From a bacterium (GTDB taxonomy: Bacteria > Elusimicrobiota > Elusimicrobia > UBA1565 > UBA9628), in NCBI GenBank assembly GCA_021799485.1, contig JAJZAK010000007.1, forward strand, positions 13,472 through 77,471: a stretch of DNA of 64,000 nt, written 5' to 3'. The position numbers and the translations under genes are program-made. Every line of letters starts with the position of its first letter. Position 1 is the first letter of the stretch. Under the pieces are notes generated by a model, which saw nothing but the letters and a program-made list of their open reading frames with translations, was not told the DNA's origin and did no database searches. Below, piece after piece: positions 14,837-23,785 of the stretch.

Positions 14837-16101
14837 AAGTGAAAGAGCCGAGGCAGCCACAGGCTCAGGGCCGGAGTGTAGCTCACGACGGCAAGGAGGG
14901 AGATGAGGATGAGCCAGAAGGGAAGGCTCGCGCGGTAGAGCGTCGGCAAGGACAGGTCGAAGCGCCGGCTTGAGAGAAACAGATTCAGGCCCATGGGAGG
15001 GGTCAAATATCCGATTTCAAGATTGAGAAGGAAAAGGACCCCCAGGTGGATGGGATCGATGCCATAGTGCATCGCCACCGGCACGATGATCGGCACCATG
15101 AGGACGATCGCGGAGAAAATTTCCACCATGTTGACGAGCAATAGAAAGGCGTTGAGAAGAGCCAAAAACAAAATCTTCCCCGAGACGTGCGCGTTGAGGA
15201 AGGAAAAGAGCTTCGCGGGAGCTTGGGCGTCGATGAAATAGCTCGTCAGTCCTATCGCGCAACCCAGGACAAGAAGGATCGCCCCGACGAGCATCTGGCT
15301 TTTGAGGGCGATCGACGGGAGCGCGGAGAGCTTGATGTCTTTGTAAATGAGGACCTCGGCGACGAGAGAGTAGAAGGCCATGACGGCGGCGGCCTCGGCG
15401 GCCGTGAACTTGCCCATGTAAATCCCTCCGATCGCCAGGATAGGCATGGGGATCTCCCAGATAGAGCGCCGGAAGGCCGAACGGAGCGCGCTCCAAGAGA
15501 AAGAAGTCGCCTTGACGTCGTGTCGCGCGGAGATCCAGACGGCGTAGGCCGAAAGCGCGGCGATGAGGAGAAGAGCGGGAAGAAGAGCCGCGGCGAAAAG
15601 CCTTTCAAGGGAGACCTGAGCCACGAGGGCGTAAAGGATGATGGGCAGCGATGGAGGGAGCAGGAGGCCCAGGCTGCCGCTTGTCGTGACGAGGCCGAGG
15701 GCGAAGTCCTTGGGATAGGCCTTTTGAAGGAGAAGGGGATAGACGATGCCTCCCAGGGCGATAATCGTGACGCCCGAGGCTCCGGTGAAAGCCGTGAAAA
15801 GGGAGCAGGAAGCAAGCGCCGCGATGGCGATCCCTCCGGGGATCCAGCCGAAGGCCGCCTCGGCAAGCTCCAGGGTCCGCTGGGGCGCCTTGCTTTCGGC
15901 TAGGAGATAGCCCGCGAACGTGAACAGCGGGATCGCCGTCAGGGATGGCATGTCGGTCAGCCTTGTAAGCTCGATCGTGACGGCGGAAAGCGGCACTTGC
16001 TCCAAGTGAAAAAGAAGGAGGGCAAGCCCGCCGAGTATCGCGTAGATCGGAATCCCGGCCGCCGCCGCGACGGCCGTGCCGGCGATGAGGGCCGAGGTCA
16101 C
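14833..16101 (-). CDS. dctM: TRAP transporter large permease subunit
   Basis: 422-aa polytopic membrane protein with typical DctM composition. It has a GTGA overlap with the small permease gene. Confidence 0.85.
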   Translation of the reverse strand: MTSALIAGTAVAAAAGIPIYAILGGLALLLFHLEQVPLSAVTIELTRLTDMPSLTAIPLFTFAGYLLAESKAPQRTLELAEAAFGWIPGGIAIAALASCSLFTAFTGASGVTIIALGGIVYPLLLQKAYPKDFALGLVTTSGSLGLLLPPSLPIILYALVAQVSLERLFAAALLPALLLIAALSAYAVWISARHDVKATSFSWSALRSAFRRSIWEIPMPILAIGGIYMGKFTAAEAAAVMAFYSLVAEVLIYKDIKLSALPSIALKSQMLVGAILLVLGCAIGLTSYFIDAQAPAKLFSFLNAHVSGKILFLALLNAFLLLVNMVEIFSAIVLMVPIIVPVAMHYGIDPIHLGVLFLLNLEIGYLTPPMGLNLFLSSRRFDLSLPTLYRASLPFWLILISLLAVVSYTPALSLWLPRLFHL

Positions 16102-16628
16102 GTCTTGGTGTCGCTGGAAGGCGCCATGCGGCTTTGCCGCCCGCCAAGTTCGAGGGACTCCTCGACGGCGCGCAGCAGCGTGTGGAGGCCAACAAGCGAG
16201 AATCCGACGGGGATCACGGCGGCGAAGGTCCAGCGGGGGATGCGCAGGTTCCCAAACCCCACGAGCATTCCTCCCGAGGCGCGCTCATCCTGGAGGAATT
16301 CCCAGGCGGCGTAGGCTAGGAAGCCGCACGCGACGCAGGCGGCGATGGAGGCCGCCGCATCAAGGGACTTGCGCAGCGTGCCTTCGGGGATATGAAGGGC
16401 CTCAAAGGCGAAGTGCTTGCCCTCGGCCGCGGAGACGGCCGCGCCCAAAAAGCCGATCCAGAGCACCATATGCCGCATCAGGATATCGGCGCCCACCATG
16501 CCCACCCCGAAAAGATCGCGTAGGAGAACTCCTCCGAAGGAGAGGAGGACGAGACTGAGAAGCAGGAAAAAAAGAACCGCCGTCTCGATGGACTTAAGAA
16601 TTCCTTGGGTCCGGGAAACGGCGTTCAT
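16098..16628 (-). CDS. dctQ: TRAP transporter small permease subunit
   Basis: 176-aa protein with four hydrophobic segments, positioned between DctP and DctM. Both junctions are 4-nt overlaps. Confidence 0.8.
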   Translation of the reverse strand: MNAVSRTQGILKSIETAVLFFLLLSLVLLSFGGVLLRDLFGVGMVGADILMRHMVLWIGFLGAAVSAAEGKHFAFEALHIPEGTLRKSLDAAASIAACVACGFLAYAAWEFLQDERASGGMLVGFGNLRIPRWTFAAVIPVGFSLVGLHTLLRAVEESLELGGRQSRMAPSSDTKT

Positions 16629-17671
16629 TCTCCTCGGGAGGGCTTGGAGGGTCTTTGAGGGCCGCGTCGCCGCAGGGATTGGAGGAGAGAATCCGCTTCT
16701 TTGACGATATCGGAACTGAACAGCCCCTGGGAAACGAGAGTCTTCTGAGCCTTTTTCCCGGCAGCCTCGAAATAGGCCAGGTCGGCGGCGCTTGGGGCCT
16801 TGCCCATCTTCAGGCCGCGCGACTCAAGCGTTTTAAGAGACTGCGCGGCCTCTTGGCCCGAGAGAACGTTGAGCCGGTCGAGGTGCTTGCGCGAGAGGGA
16901 GACAAGGAGCTTCTTCTGGGCGGGCGTTAGGGAGTCGAAGAAGCGTCTGGCGATGAGAACGGCCCCTGCCGAATAGGCCACGGGCACGGGATAAATGTAG
17001 TTGGTGCGGGTGAACCATTCAAGAGCGATGACTCCCAGGGGAGGGCCGTAAACGCCGTTGACGAGGCCGGTCTCGAGCGAACTCATCACGTCGATGATGG
17101 AAAGCGGGACGGGGCTCACGTCGATCGCCCGGTAGGCGGCCTGGGCAATGGGATCGTCGACCCAAACCCACATCTTGAACTTGGAATTCTTAAGGTTCTC
17201 GGGACTTTGGACGGCATCGCGAGTGAAAAAATAGACGAAGCCGGGATCGACCCAGCCGAGGAGCACCATTCCCCCCTTTTTGAGATCGTCCGCAAGGCGG
17301 CCGGCGAGTTTTTTGCGCAGAGCGCGGATTTCTCCTTCATTTCGAAAGAGCCAAGGGCTGTCGAAAAGCCGCACTTCCGGGGCGATCGAACCGATCCCGA
17401 CGCCCGTGAATCCGGCGGCTTGAATCTCCCCGATGCGCATCTTGCGCACGACGTCCTTCTCATCGCCAGCCACGCCCCCGGGATACATCTTGAAGCGCAA
17501 AGAGCCCCCGCTGCGTTCCTGGAGCTCCTTGTTGAGTTCGTCCATGACCTTCATCCAGGTGGAGGCCTGGGGGGCGAGGGTGGCGAACTTGATATAGCGC
17601 ACGGGGCCCTCGGCCCGGGCGAGCCCCGGCAAGGCCAGAAGCGCGGCCAGAAGCGCGTTAAAAATAGTCAT
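16625..17671 (-). CDS. dctP: TRAP transporter substrate-binding protein
   Basis: It has a signal peptide (MTIFNALLAALLALPGLARA) and DctP-like sequence (IKFATLAPQASTWMKVM..RMRIGEIQAAGFTGVG). Confidence 0.8.
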   Translation of the reverse strand: MTIFNALLAALLALPGLARAEGPVRYIKFATLAPQASTWMKVMDELNKELQERSGGSLRFKMYPGGVAGDEKDVVRKMRIGEIQAAGFTGVGIGSIAPEVRLFDSPWLFRNEGEIRALRKKLAGRLADDLKKGGMVLLGWVDPGFVYFFTRDAVQSPENLKNSKFKMWVWVDDPIAQAAYRAIDVSPVPLSIIDVMSSLETGLVNGVYGPPLGVIALEWFTRTNYIYPVPVAYSAGAVLIARRFFDSLTPAQKKLLVSLSRKHLDRLNVLSGQEAAQSLKTLESRGLKMGKAPSAADLAYFEAAGKKAQKTLVSQGLFSSDIVKEADSLLQSLRRRGPQRPSKPSRGE

Positions 17672-18524
17672 TGATTTTCTTGAGCATGGCCTGCGCTTTC
17701 TCCTTGGCGACTTGATCGGCGAGCCCCGCGTGCGGCAGGACTCCCGGCTTGGCTTCCAAGACCTGGGACAAAAGTCTTTTATAGAGGGCTCGGTCTTGGA
17801 CCGTGGTGGCGTAGTAGCGGGCCTCGAGCACCGGGGTCATGAGGAAAGCGTGGTGGGTCAACTCTTCGGCGCGCTCGAAATGGTCCTTGGCCTCGGCGGG
17901 ATTTCCTCCCAGCATCCGGGGCTTCGAGGCGTAATAGACTCCGAGAACGACGTCCGCTCCCGCGAAATAATAGGACTCATCAAGCTTCCGAACCCGCTTC
18001 ATGAGGAGCACGATCTTGGGGAGGTCCGCGAGGGCGTCCGGGGAGTCCCCCGAAAGGCGGATGCGTCCCGCTTGGCCGAAGCCGTACCAAAAAAGGTCGG
18101 GAACGTCGCCGCGCCGGGCTTTGCGTAGAACGGCTTGGAATTCTGGAAGGGTCTTGGCGCCAAGGAGATTCTTGAGCCGATGGTTGAGGGCGAGAGAGCG
18201 GGCTGCGTATTGGCTTGCGCGCTCATAGATTTCCTTCGCGCGCGCGGGCTGGACGTCGTCGAGAAAGAGGAAGGCGTATCCGGCGAAGGCCTGGGACGTC
18301 AGGCGCAGGAGTTTTTTGTTGTTCGGGGCGTTCGCGAGAAGGGCCTTGAGAGACTCGAGCTGGGCCGGGAAGGCGTCCTGCGCGAGGCGCGTGTCGGTCT
18401 CCTCGTCGAGGGCGGATCGGCCCTTTTCAAGGAAGCCCTCGCTGATATGGATCGCCAAGGGCTTGCAGCCCGGAGCCATAAGAAGAAATGCCAAGGGCCA
18501 AGTGCGTTGAAGCGCGCGGAGCAT
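17658..18524 (-). CDS. TRAP-T-associated TPR protein (TatT family)
   Basis: It has a lipoprotein-like N-terminus (LLMAPGCKP) and an all-helical TPR-like body (AFPAQLESLKALLANAPNNKKLLRLTSQAFAGYAFLF). It lies immediately upstream of, and overlapping, dctP. This resembles the TatT component of TPR-protein-associated TRAP transporters. Confidence 0.6.
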   Translation of the reverse strand: MLRALQRTWPLAFLLMAPGCKPLAIHISEGFLEKGRSALDEETDTRLAQDAFPAQLESLKALLANAPNNKKLLRLTSQAFAGYAFLFLDDVQPARAKEIYERASQYAARSLALNHRLKNLLGAKTLPEFQAVLRKARRGDVPDLFWYGFGQAGRIRLSGDSPDALADLPKIVLLMKRVRKLDESYYFAGADVVLGVYYASKPRMLGGNPAEAKDHFERAEELTHHAFLMTPVLEARYYATTVQDRALYKRLLSQVLEAKPGVLPHAGLADQVAKEKAQAMLKKINDYF

Positions 18525-18535
18525 CGCGATGAATT

Positions 18536-19432
18536 CTAATATATCCGTCGCGGCGGCTCAATCGGAGCCTGAAGGCTTCGAAGCCGCGAGAGGATCTCGG
18601 CGGTGGCGCGCGTGCGGTTGAGGGTGTAGAAGTGAATGCCCGGCGCTCCGCCGGCCAGAAGCTCTCGGCATTGGCGCGTCGCATAGTCGACGCCGAAGGC
18701 GGCCAGGGCCTCCGGGGAGTCCTTGAGCTCCTCGACTTGCTCCCGCATCGGCGCGGGCAGGCGCACGCCGCAAAGGGCCGAAAATCGCTTGAGCTGAGAG
18801 TAATTCGTGACCGGCATGATTCCCGGGACGACGGGCACATGGACGCCCGCCTTGCGGGCGCGCTCGACGAAGCCGAAGTAGGAGGCGTTGTCGAAAAAGA
18901 GCTGGGTCGTGACCCACTCGCCGCCGCATCGGACCTTCGCCGCCAGATGGCGCATGTCGTCATCGGGCGAGGCGGCCTCCGGATGGGTTTCGGGGTAGCC
19001 CGCGACGCCGATTCGGAAGCCTCCGCGTGTCCGGATAAAGCGGACGAGGTCGACGGCGTTGGGAAACTCGCGATCACCCGCGGAGCTTGCTCGGGCGCCT
19101 TCGGGGAGATCCCCGCGCAGGGCGAGGACATGCGAGACGCCGCGTTCCGCCAGGCGGTCGAGAAACTTGGAGATTTCCCGGCGCGTGTGGAGGAAGCCGG
19201 TCATATGGGAGACGGTCGGGATGCCGAAGTCCTTCTGGATGCGGGCGGCCGCGGCGGCGTTTTTGTCCTGAGCGCCGTCTCCGGCGCGATAGGTCAGGGT
19301 GATGTAGGAGGGCATGAGGGGGGCCAGCTCTCGCACGAGATCGAAAAGCGGGTCGAGCGCCTCCGGAGGGCGCGGCAGAAACAGTTCAAAGGAGAAGGCG
19401 GGCTTTTTGTCGAGAAGGGCGGCGATAATCAA
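18536..19432 (-). CDS. metF: Methylenetetrahydrofolate reductase
   Basis: TTG start; FSFELFLPRPPE, ITLTYRAGDG and YPETHPEA are MetF-like blocks. Length is 298 aa. Confidence 0.85.
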   Translation of the reverse strand: MIIAALLDKKPAFSFELFLPRPPEALDPLFDLVRELAPLMPSYITLTYRAGDGAQDKNAAAAARIQKDFGIPTVSHMTGFLHTRREISKFLDRLAERGVSHVLALRGDLPEGARASSAGDREFPNAVDLVRFIRTRGGFRIGVAGYPETHPEAASPDDDMRHLAAKVRCGGEWVTTQLFFDNASYFGFVERARKAGVHVPVVPGIMPVTNYSQLKRFSALCGVRLPAPMREQVEELKDSPEALAAFGVDYATRQCRELLAGGAPGIHFYTLNRTRATAEILSRLRSLQAPIEPPRRIY

Positions 19433-19444
19433 GAAATGCGCGGT

Positions 19445-20449
19445 CTAGTTGTAAAAATCCCGCACCCAGCGATGCTTGGCGATAGTCGCGAGCTCCTCCG
19501 GGCCGTAATAGTTGCCGTCGGCCGCGCGAGCGTTCTGGCGGACGTGGGACTCGCGGCGCATGCCGGGAATCACGGTCGAGACCTCCGAAAAGCTCAAAGG
19601 ATACTTAAGCGCCGCGACGGCGAGCGCCTGGGCTTTGGCTCCCAAAACGGCCTTCTCGAGGGCCTTGACCCTCTCGACGGTCTCGACGAGCCTTTCGCCA
19701 CCGAAATAGTGGCTGCGAAAATCCTGGGGCTCAAAGCGCGTGTCCGCTCGAAGATCGCCCGTGAGCCCCCCCTCGTCGAAGGGGCAGCGGACGACGATCC
19801 CGACGCCTTTGTCGCGGCAGAGACCAAAGAGGCGGTCTTGAGCCCTCTGGTCGAAGAGGTTGAAGAGCACCTGCACCTGGTCGACAAAGCCCGACTCGAT
19901 GAGCGCGAGAGCCGATTCCGGATCGTCATTGTTGAGCGAGGCGCCGATGAAGCCGATTTTTCCCTCACGTCGAAGGCGCGAAAGGGCCGCCGAGACCTCC
20001 CCCCAGAGGGGATCCTTGAGCCAATGGTCGCTCCAAACATGGAACTGCTCCAGCGGCAACCGCTCCAGGCGGAGGTTTCTCAAGGAGTTTTCGACGCAGG
20101 AGACGATCCAGTCAGGCGGGAAAGCGAGCTTGAGCGGCGTCGTGGGCCTTGCGGGCCATTCCATGTTCTTGGGAGGGATCTTCGTCGAGACGACGAGATC
20201 GGCGCGGGTTTCGCGCAGGAGGCGCCCGATGAGGCGTTCGGAGTGCCCATGGCCGTAGGCAAAGGCCGTATCGAAGTAGTTGATGCCGACGTCGATCGAG
20301 GCGAAAAGCGCGCGCATCGACTCCGCGTCGTCGGTCTGTCCCCACATGCTCTTGCCGATCCCCCACCCGCCGAATCCGATCTCGGAGACCTTGAGACCCG
20401 TATGGCCGAGGGGCCTGCGCCGCAAAGCCAAGGGCGCCGTGGCCTTCAT
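19445..20449 (-). CDS. Aldo/keto reductase
   Basis: It has LGHTGLKVSEIGFGGWGIG and FDTAFAYGHGHSERLIG. The start was set at the internal ATG 20449 (MKATAPLAL), which forms an ATGA overlap with the upstream ClpS-like gene. The Arg-rich N-terminal extension in the track ORF was rejected. Confidence 0.85.
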   Translation of the reverse strand: MKATAPLALRRRPLGHTGLKVSEIGFGGWGIGKSMWGQTDDAESMRALFASIDVGINYFDTAFAYGHGHSERLIGRLLRETRADLVVSTKIPPKNMEWPARPTTPLKLAFPPDWIVSCVENSLRNLRLERLPLEQFHVWSDHWLKDPLWGEVSAALSRLRREGKIGFIGASLNNDDPESALALIESGFVDQVQVLFNLFDQRAQDRLFGLCRDKGVGIVVRCPFDEGGLTGDLRADTRFEPQDFRSHYFGGERLVETVERVKALEKAVLGAKAQALAVAALKYPLSFSEVSTVIPGMRRESHVRQNARAADGNYYGPEELATIAKHRWVRDFYN

Positions 20450-20733
20450 CGCCGGACTTGGACGACCAATCGAATATCCTCGAGCACGGCGGCGACGGCC
20501 TCGCAGTGTTCGCGCGGCCCTTCGTAGACGACGGCGAAGCCTTGGGTGTGAACCTCCCAGGCGATGCGCTTGGAGCGTTCCGCGTCGCAACGGATGGCTT
20601 TGACGAGTTGGCGTTCCACATCGTCGAAGCTGTGGCAGTCACAGTTAAAAAGGATGGTCTTCCAGTCCGCGCCGCGCGCCGTCCGCTCGGTTGTTTTTTC
20701 GTCCTCGCGCGTCAATGTTTCGGCCACGGGCAC
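20446..20733 (-). CDS. clpS: ClpS-like adaptor domain protein
   Basis: WKTILFNCDCHSFDDVERQLVKAI..AWEVHTQGFAVVYEGPREHCE follows the ClpS pattern (vvL.NDd..t..fV...L......A......vH..G.a.v). The start was placed at GTG 20733 (or 20727) so that it does not overlap the GT4 gene. Confidence 0.6.
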   Translation of the reverse strand: MPVAETLTREDEKTTERTARGADWKTILFNCDCHSFDDVERQLVKAIRCDAERSKRIAWEVHTQGFAVVYEGPREHCEAVAAVLEDIRLVVQVRR

Positions 20734-20759
20734 AGGGTAACACCTCTGGGCGAGGGGCG

Positions 20760-21866
20760 TCAAGGTTTTTCGCCGAGACGGGCGAGGAGGCCGTCCCATT
20801 GGCGGCCGATCTCCTCCAGACTGAATCGGCGGGTGACGGCGAGGGCCTCGCGTCCCAGGGCGCGGCGCAAGGCCGGGTCGCCGGTCAAGCGATCGAGCGC
20901 CGCGGCGAGGGCCCCCGCGTTCCCGGCGGGGACGAGGAGGCCGTCGACGCCGTCGCGGACAATGTGCCGAGGGCCCGTGGGACAGTCGGCCGAGACGACG
21001 GCCAAACCGCAGGCCATCGCCTCCAAGAGGACGTTGGGAAAACCCTCATAATGCGAGGAAAGAGCGAAAACCTGGGCGGCGCGGAAGCGTTCCATGGGGA
21101 TGCGCGAAAGGCCCGGCAAAAAGACCCGATCCACCACCCCCAGACGATGGACGAGGTCTTCCAGCCGTCCGCGTTCCGGACCTTCTCCGATGATTTCAAG
21201 GCGCCATCCGGGACGCGCCGCCGATATTTTGGCGAATGCCTCAATGAGCAGGTCGAAGCCCTTCGAATCGATAAGCCGCCCCATGCTGATGATCGTTCTT
21301 TCGGCTTCATGAGCCGCTGGTGAAGCGGGGGGCGCGGGCGCCGGGTTGGGGATGACGTGGATCTTGGAGCCCATGAAAGGCTCGAACCGCTTTTTGATGG
21401 AGTCGGTTTGGACGACGATGGCGTCGGCGAAAGAATAGGTCAAACGCCGGGCGGCATTCCACGAGCGGCCTACCTTGTGAACGGCGGGGTCCGTGCGTTC
21501 CGAGATGACGACCGGGACGCGGAGTCCGCGGCTGGCGAGAAGGGTGAGGACGTTCACTTGGTCCATGAACGAAATGATGGTCTCGGGACGGCTTTGGGCT
21601 AGAGCCCGGCGCAAGAGGCGCATTCTAACGGCGTTGCGGACGACGCCGCCCGCCCAGTGGGCGGAGCGTCCCGACAGGGCCAAGGGCTGCAGGTCAATAG
21701 AAGGACGAAGTTCGAAAAAGGGAGGCTCCGATCCGTCGTCGAAGGTCAGCAAGGCGACGGAGCGGCCCTGATCGGCCCATCGGTTGGCTAATAGGGACAG
21801 CACTCGTTCGGCGCCTCCCATGCCCACGGAGGAGATGACGAGGGTCAGGCGTTGGGGCTCTGCCAT
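20760..21866 (-). CDS. Glycosyltransferase family 4 (GT-B)
   Basis: It has LVISSVGMGGAERV at the N-terminus and the EGFPNVLLEAMACGLAVV (E-x7-E) motif. Confidence 0.85.
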   Translation of the reverse strand: MAEPQRLTLVISSVGMGGAERVLSLLANRWADQGRSVALLTFDDGSEPPFFELRPSIDLQPLALSGRSAHWAGGVVRNAVRMRLLRRALAQSRPETIISFMDQVNVLTLLASRGLRVPVVISERTDPAVHKVGRSWNAARRLTYSFADAIVVQTDSIKKRFEPFMGSKIHVIPNPAPAPPASPAAHEAERTIISMGRLIDSKGFDLLIEAFAKISAARPGWRLEIIGEGPERGRLEDLVHRLGVVDRVFLPGLSRIPMERFRAAQVFALSSHYEGFPNVLLEAMACGLAVVSADCPTGPRHIVRDGVDGLLVPAGNAGALAAALDRLTGDPALRRALGREALAVTRRFSLEEIGRQWDGLLARLGEKP

Positions 21867-22726
21867 GACGCGGCCAACCGCGAGAAAACGAATTCGTTGC
21901 AGCCGTGCCCGCCCATCACTGTTTTGAGTTTTCGAAGGACCAAGCCGCGCGAGCGGCAGAATTCAATGACTTCCTCGGGTTTGGCCACCTCATAAGGATA
22001 TCCTCCGATCCAATCGACGGCATTCCGCCACACCGACATGCCGCGATTGCGCTGGTAATGGCGCAGGGATTGAAGCCCTCGTCCCAGCGCGATGTCGATG
22101 AGCAGGGGAGGCAGCCAAAGATAGACGAAGGCGGGGATAAGGACAGTCCAACGCGCGCCTCGCGGAAGCCGATTGTAAAGGCGCTTCACTTTCCGCCAGA
22201 CGCGGCTGCGAGTCCCCTGATCGTTATAGATGGATGCAAAGAGAAGGCCGCCGTTGGCGACTCGGGCGCCAATCAGGTCGAGAGCGTTCCACATGTCGCC
22301 CGTATGATGAAGCACGCCCCATGAATAGACGATGTCGAATGTCCCCAGCTTCGATAGGTATTCGCGATCAAGGACGGAACCTTGCTCGATCTTCCAGCGG
22401 CCGTCCTCCCGGTCGAAACGGGAACGCAAGGCCAGGGCGCAGGAGACGGAGTCCGGATCGCAATCGAAGGAAACAACTTCGGCGCCGAGCCGCTTCGCGG
22501 CCAGGCTGAAAAGACCGGAGCCGGAGCCGGCGTCCAGAAATCTTTTTCCGGAGAGCGTCTGAAGCTCCAACATGGATTGAAGAGACGACGCGGCTTGCGC
22601 GATCCGTTCTTCGTCGACGGTTTTTAAAAAACGAATCCAGTTTTCCCCGAAAAGAAAGCGCAGAGGCTCTCGGGCTTTCGCGGCAGGGCGCTCCTCGCGG
22701 CGCGCATCCCTAACGGCTTTGGCCAT
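21845..22726 (-). CDS. Class I SAM-dependent methyltransferase
   Basis: SAM-binding motif I is FLDAGSGSGLFSLAAKRLGAEVVSFDCD. Confidence 0.8.
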   Translation of the reverse strand: MAKAVRDARREERPAAKAREPLRFLFGENWIRFLKTVDEERIAQAASSLQSMLELQTLSGKRFLDAGSGSGLFSLAAKRLGAEVVSFDCDPDSVSCALALRSRFDREDGRWKIEQGSVLDREYLSKLGTFDIVYSWGVLHHTGDMWNALDLIGARVANGGLLFASIYNDQGTRSRVWRKVKRLYNRLPRGARWTVLIPAFVYLWLPPLLIDIALGRGLQSLRHYQRNRGMSVWRNAVDWIGGYPYEVAKPEEVIEFCRSRGLVLRKLKTVMGGHGCNEFVFSRLAASWQSPNA

Positions 22727-22774
22727 AACTTATAGGGCTCATTATAGTAAGATCAATGCGGCTCCATAAGGCTC

Positions 22775-23785
22775 GTGTCAGCGCCAAGCCTTTCCGTCGT
22801 CGTCCCCAGTTATAATCACGCGCCCTTTCTTGGGGAGGCGTTGGAGGCCGTCGCCCGCCAGTCGTTACCGCCCGATGAGATTATCGTCGTCGACGACGCG
22901 TCGACCGACGGGAGCTTGGAGGTTTTTGAACGATTCGCGCGCGGCTGCAAGTCCGCGAGGCTCATCCGCCACGAACGAAACCTTGGAGTATGCCCGACGG
23001 TCAATGCCGGCCTGGCTGCGGCGACCGGCGATTACGTCAGAATCCAGTCGGCCGACGACCTCATTTTGCCCGGTTTCTTCGAAAAATCCATGGCGATGCT
23101 GGCCACCTACCCGCGGGCGGCGTTTTCTTCGGCCTTGGGACTTGTCGTCGGCAGGGACGGCTCGGTCCTCGGCCCGAACCGCACGCCCGTCATCGCTTCT
23201 TGTCCGATCTATGTGCCTCCGGAAGAGGCAGCCCGCTCCTTGGAGCACCACGGCTTCTGGATCGTCTCGTATGCGGCTATTTTCAAGCGATCCTCGATGT
23301 TGCGGGAAGGAGGCAACGACCCGGAGTTGGGAGCCATGGCCGACAGCTACCTTGACGTGGCTCTTCTCATCAAGGAGGGCGGCTGTTTCATCCCGGAGCG
23401 CTTGGCGTGCTGGCGGAAGCTCGACGGGAGTTATGCGCTGGGCCAGTCGATCGCCGCCTTCATGGCGGCCAATGCCCGGCTCAATGAACGGTTGGCGGCT
23501 CTGCCTGGACTGCCGAAGACCTTCGTGCGCCGTTGGACGAGGGAACGCGTCAACGCGGTCCTCTATGAAGCCGACCGCCAAGGCGAGGTTTCCGCGGCCG
23601 ACGCCTCCCGCATGATCGGCCTGATGCCGGCTCGCGGAATCTCGGAGAAGCTCCTGCTCCTTTTGCTCAAGCGCCGCCCCGAGAGGAGACGGCTTTGGAT
23701 CAAGCTGTACATTTTTCTCCAACAATCGCTACGCGACAAGATGCGCATCGCGGCGGGCAAGTTCGCCAAGATTTTTTCAGACTGA
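22775..23785 (+). CDS. Glycosyltransferase family 2
   Basis: It has LSVVVPSYNHAPFLGEALEAV..IIVVDDASTDGS and the QSADD (DxD-like) block. It starts with GTG. Confidence 0.85.
   Translation: MSAPSLSVVVPSYNHAPFLGEALEAVARQSLPPDEIIVVDDASTDGSLEVFERFARGCKSARLIRHERNLGVCPTVNAGLAAATGDYVRIQSADDLILPGFFEKSMAMLATYPRAAFSSALGLVVGRDGSVLGPNRTPVIASCPIYVPPEEAARSLEHHGFWIVSYAAIFKRSSMLREGGNDPELGAMADSYLDVALLIKEGGCFIPERLACWRKLDGSYALGQSIAAFMAANARLNERLAALPGLPKTFVRRWTRERVNAVLYEADRQGEVSAADASRMIGLMPARGISEKLLLLLLKRRPERRRLWIKLYIFLQQSLRDKMRIAAGKFAKIFSD

Noticed and set aside
18632-20527. 631-aa plus-strand ORF, the longest unexplained ORF in this part of the window
   Set aside because: It is entirely antisense to metF and the aldo/keto reductase, both of which have clear family motifs. 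The product is Arg/Gly/Ala-rich low-complexity sequence with no recognisable motif. This is a typical shadow ORF of a high-GC genome.
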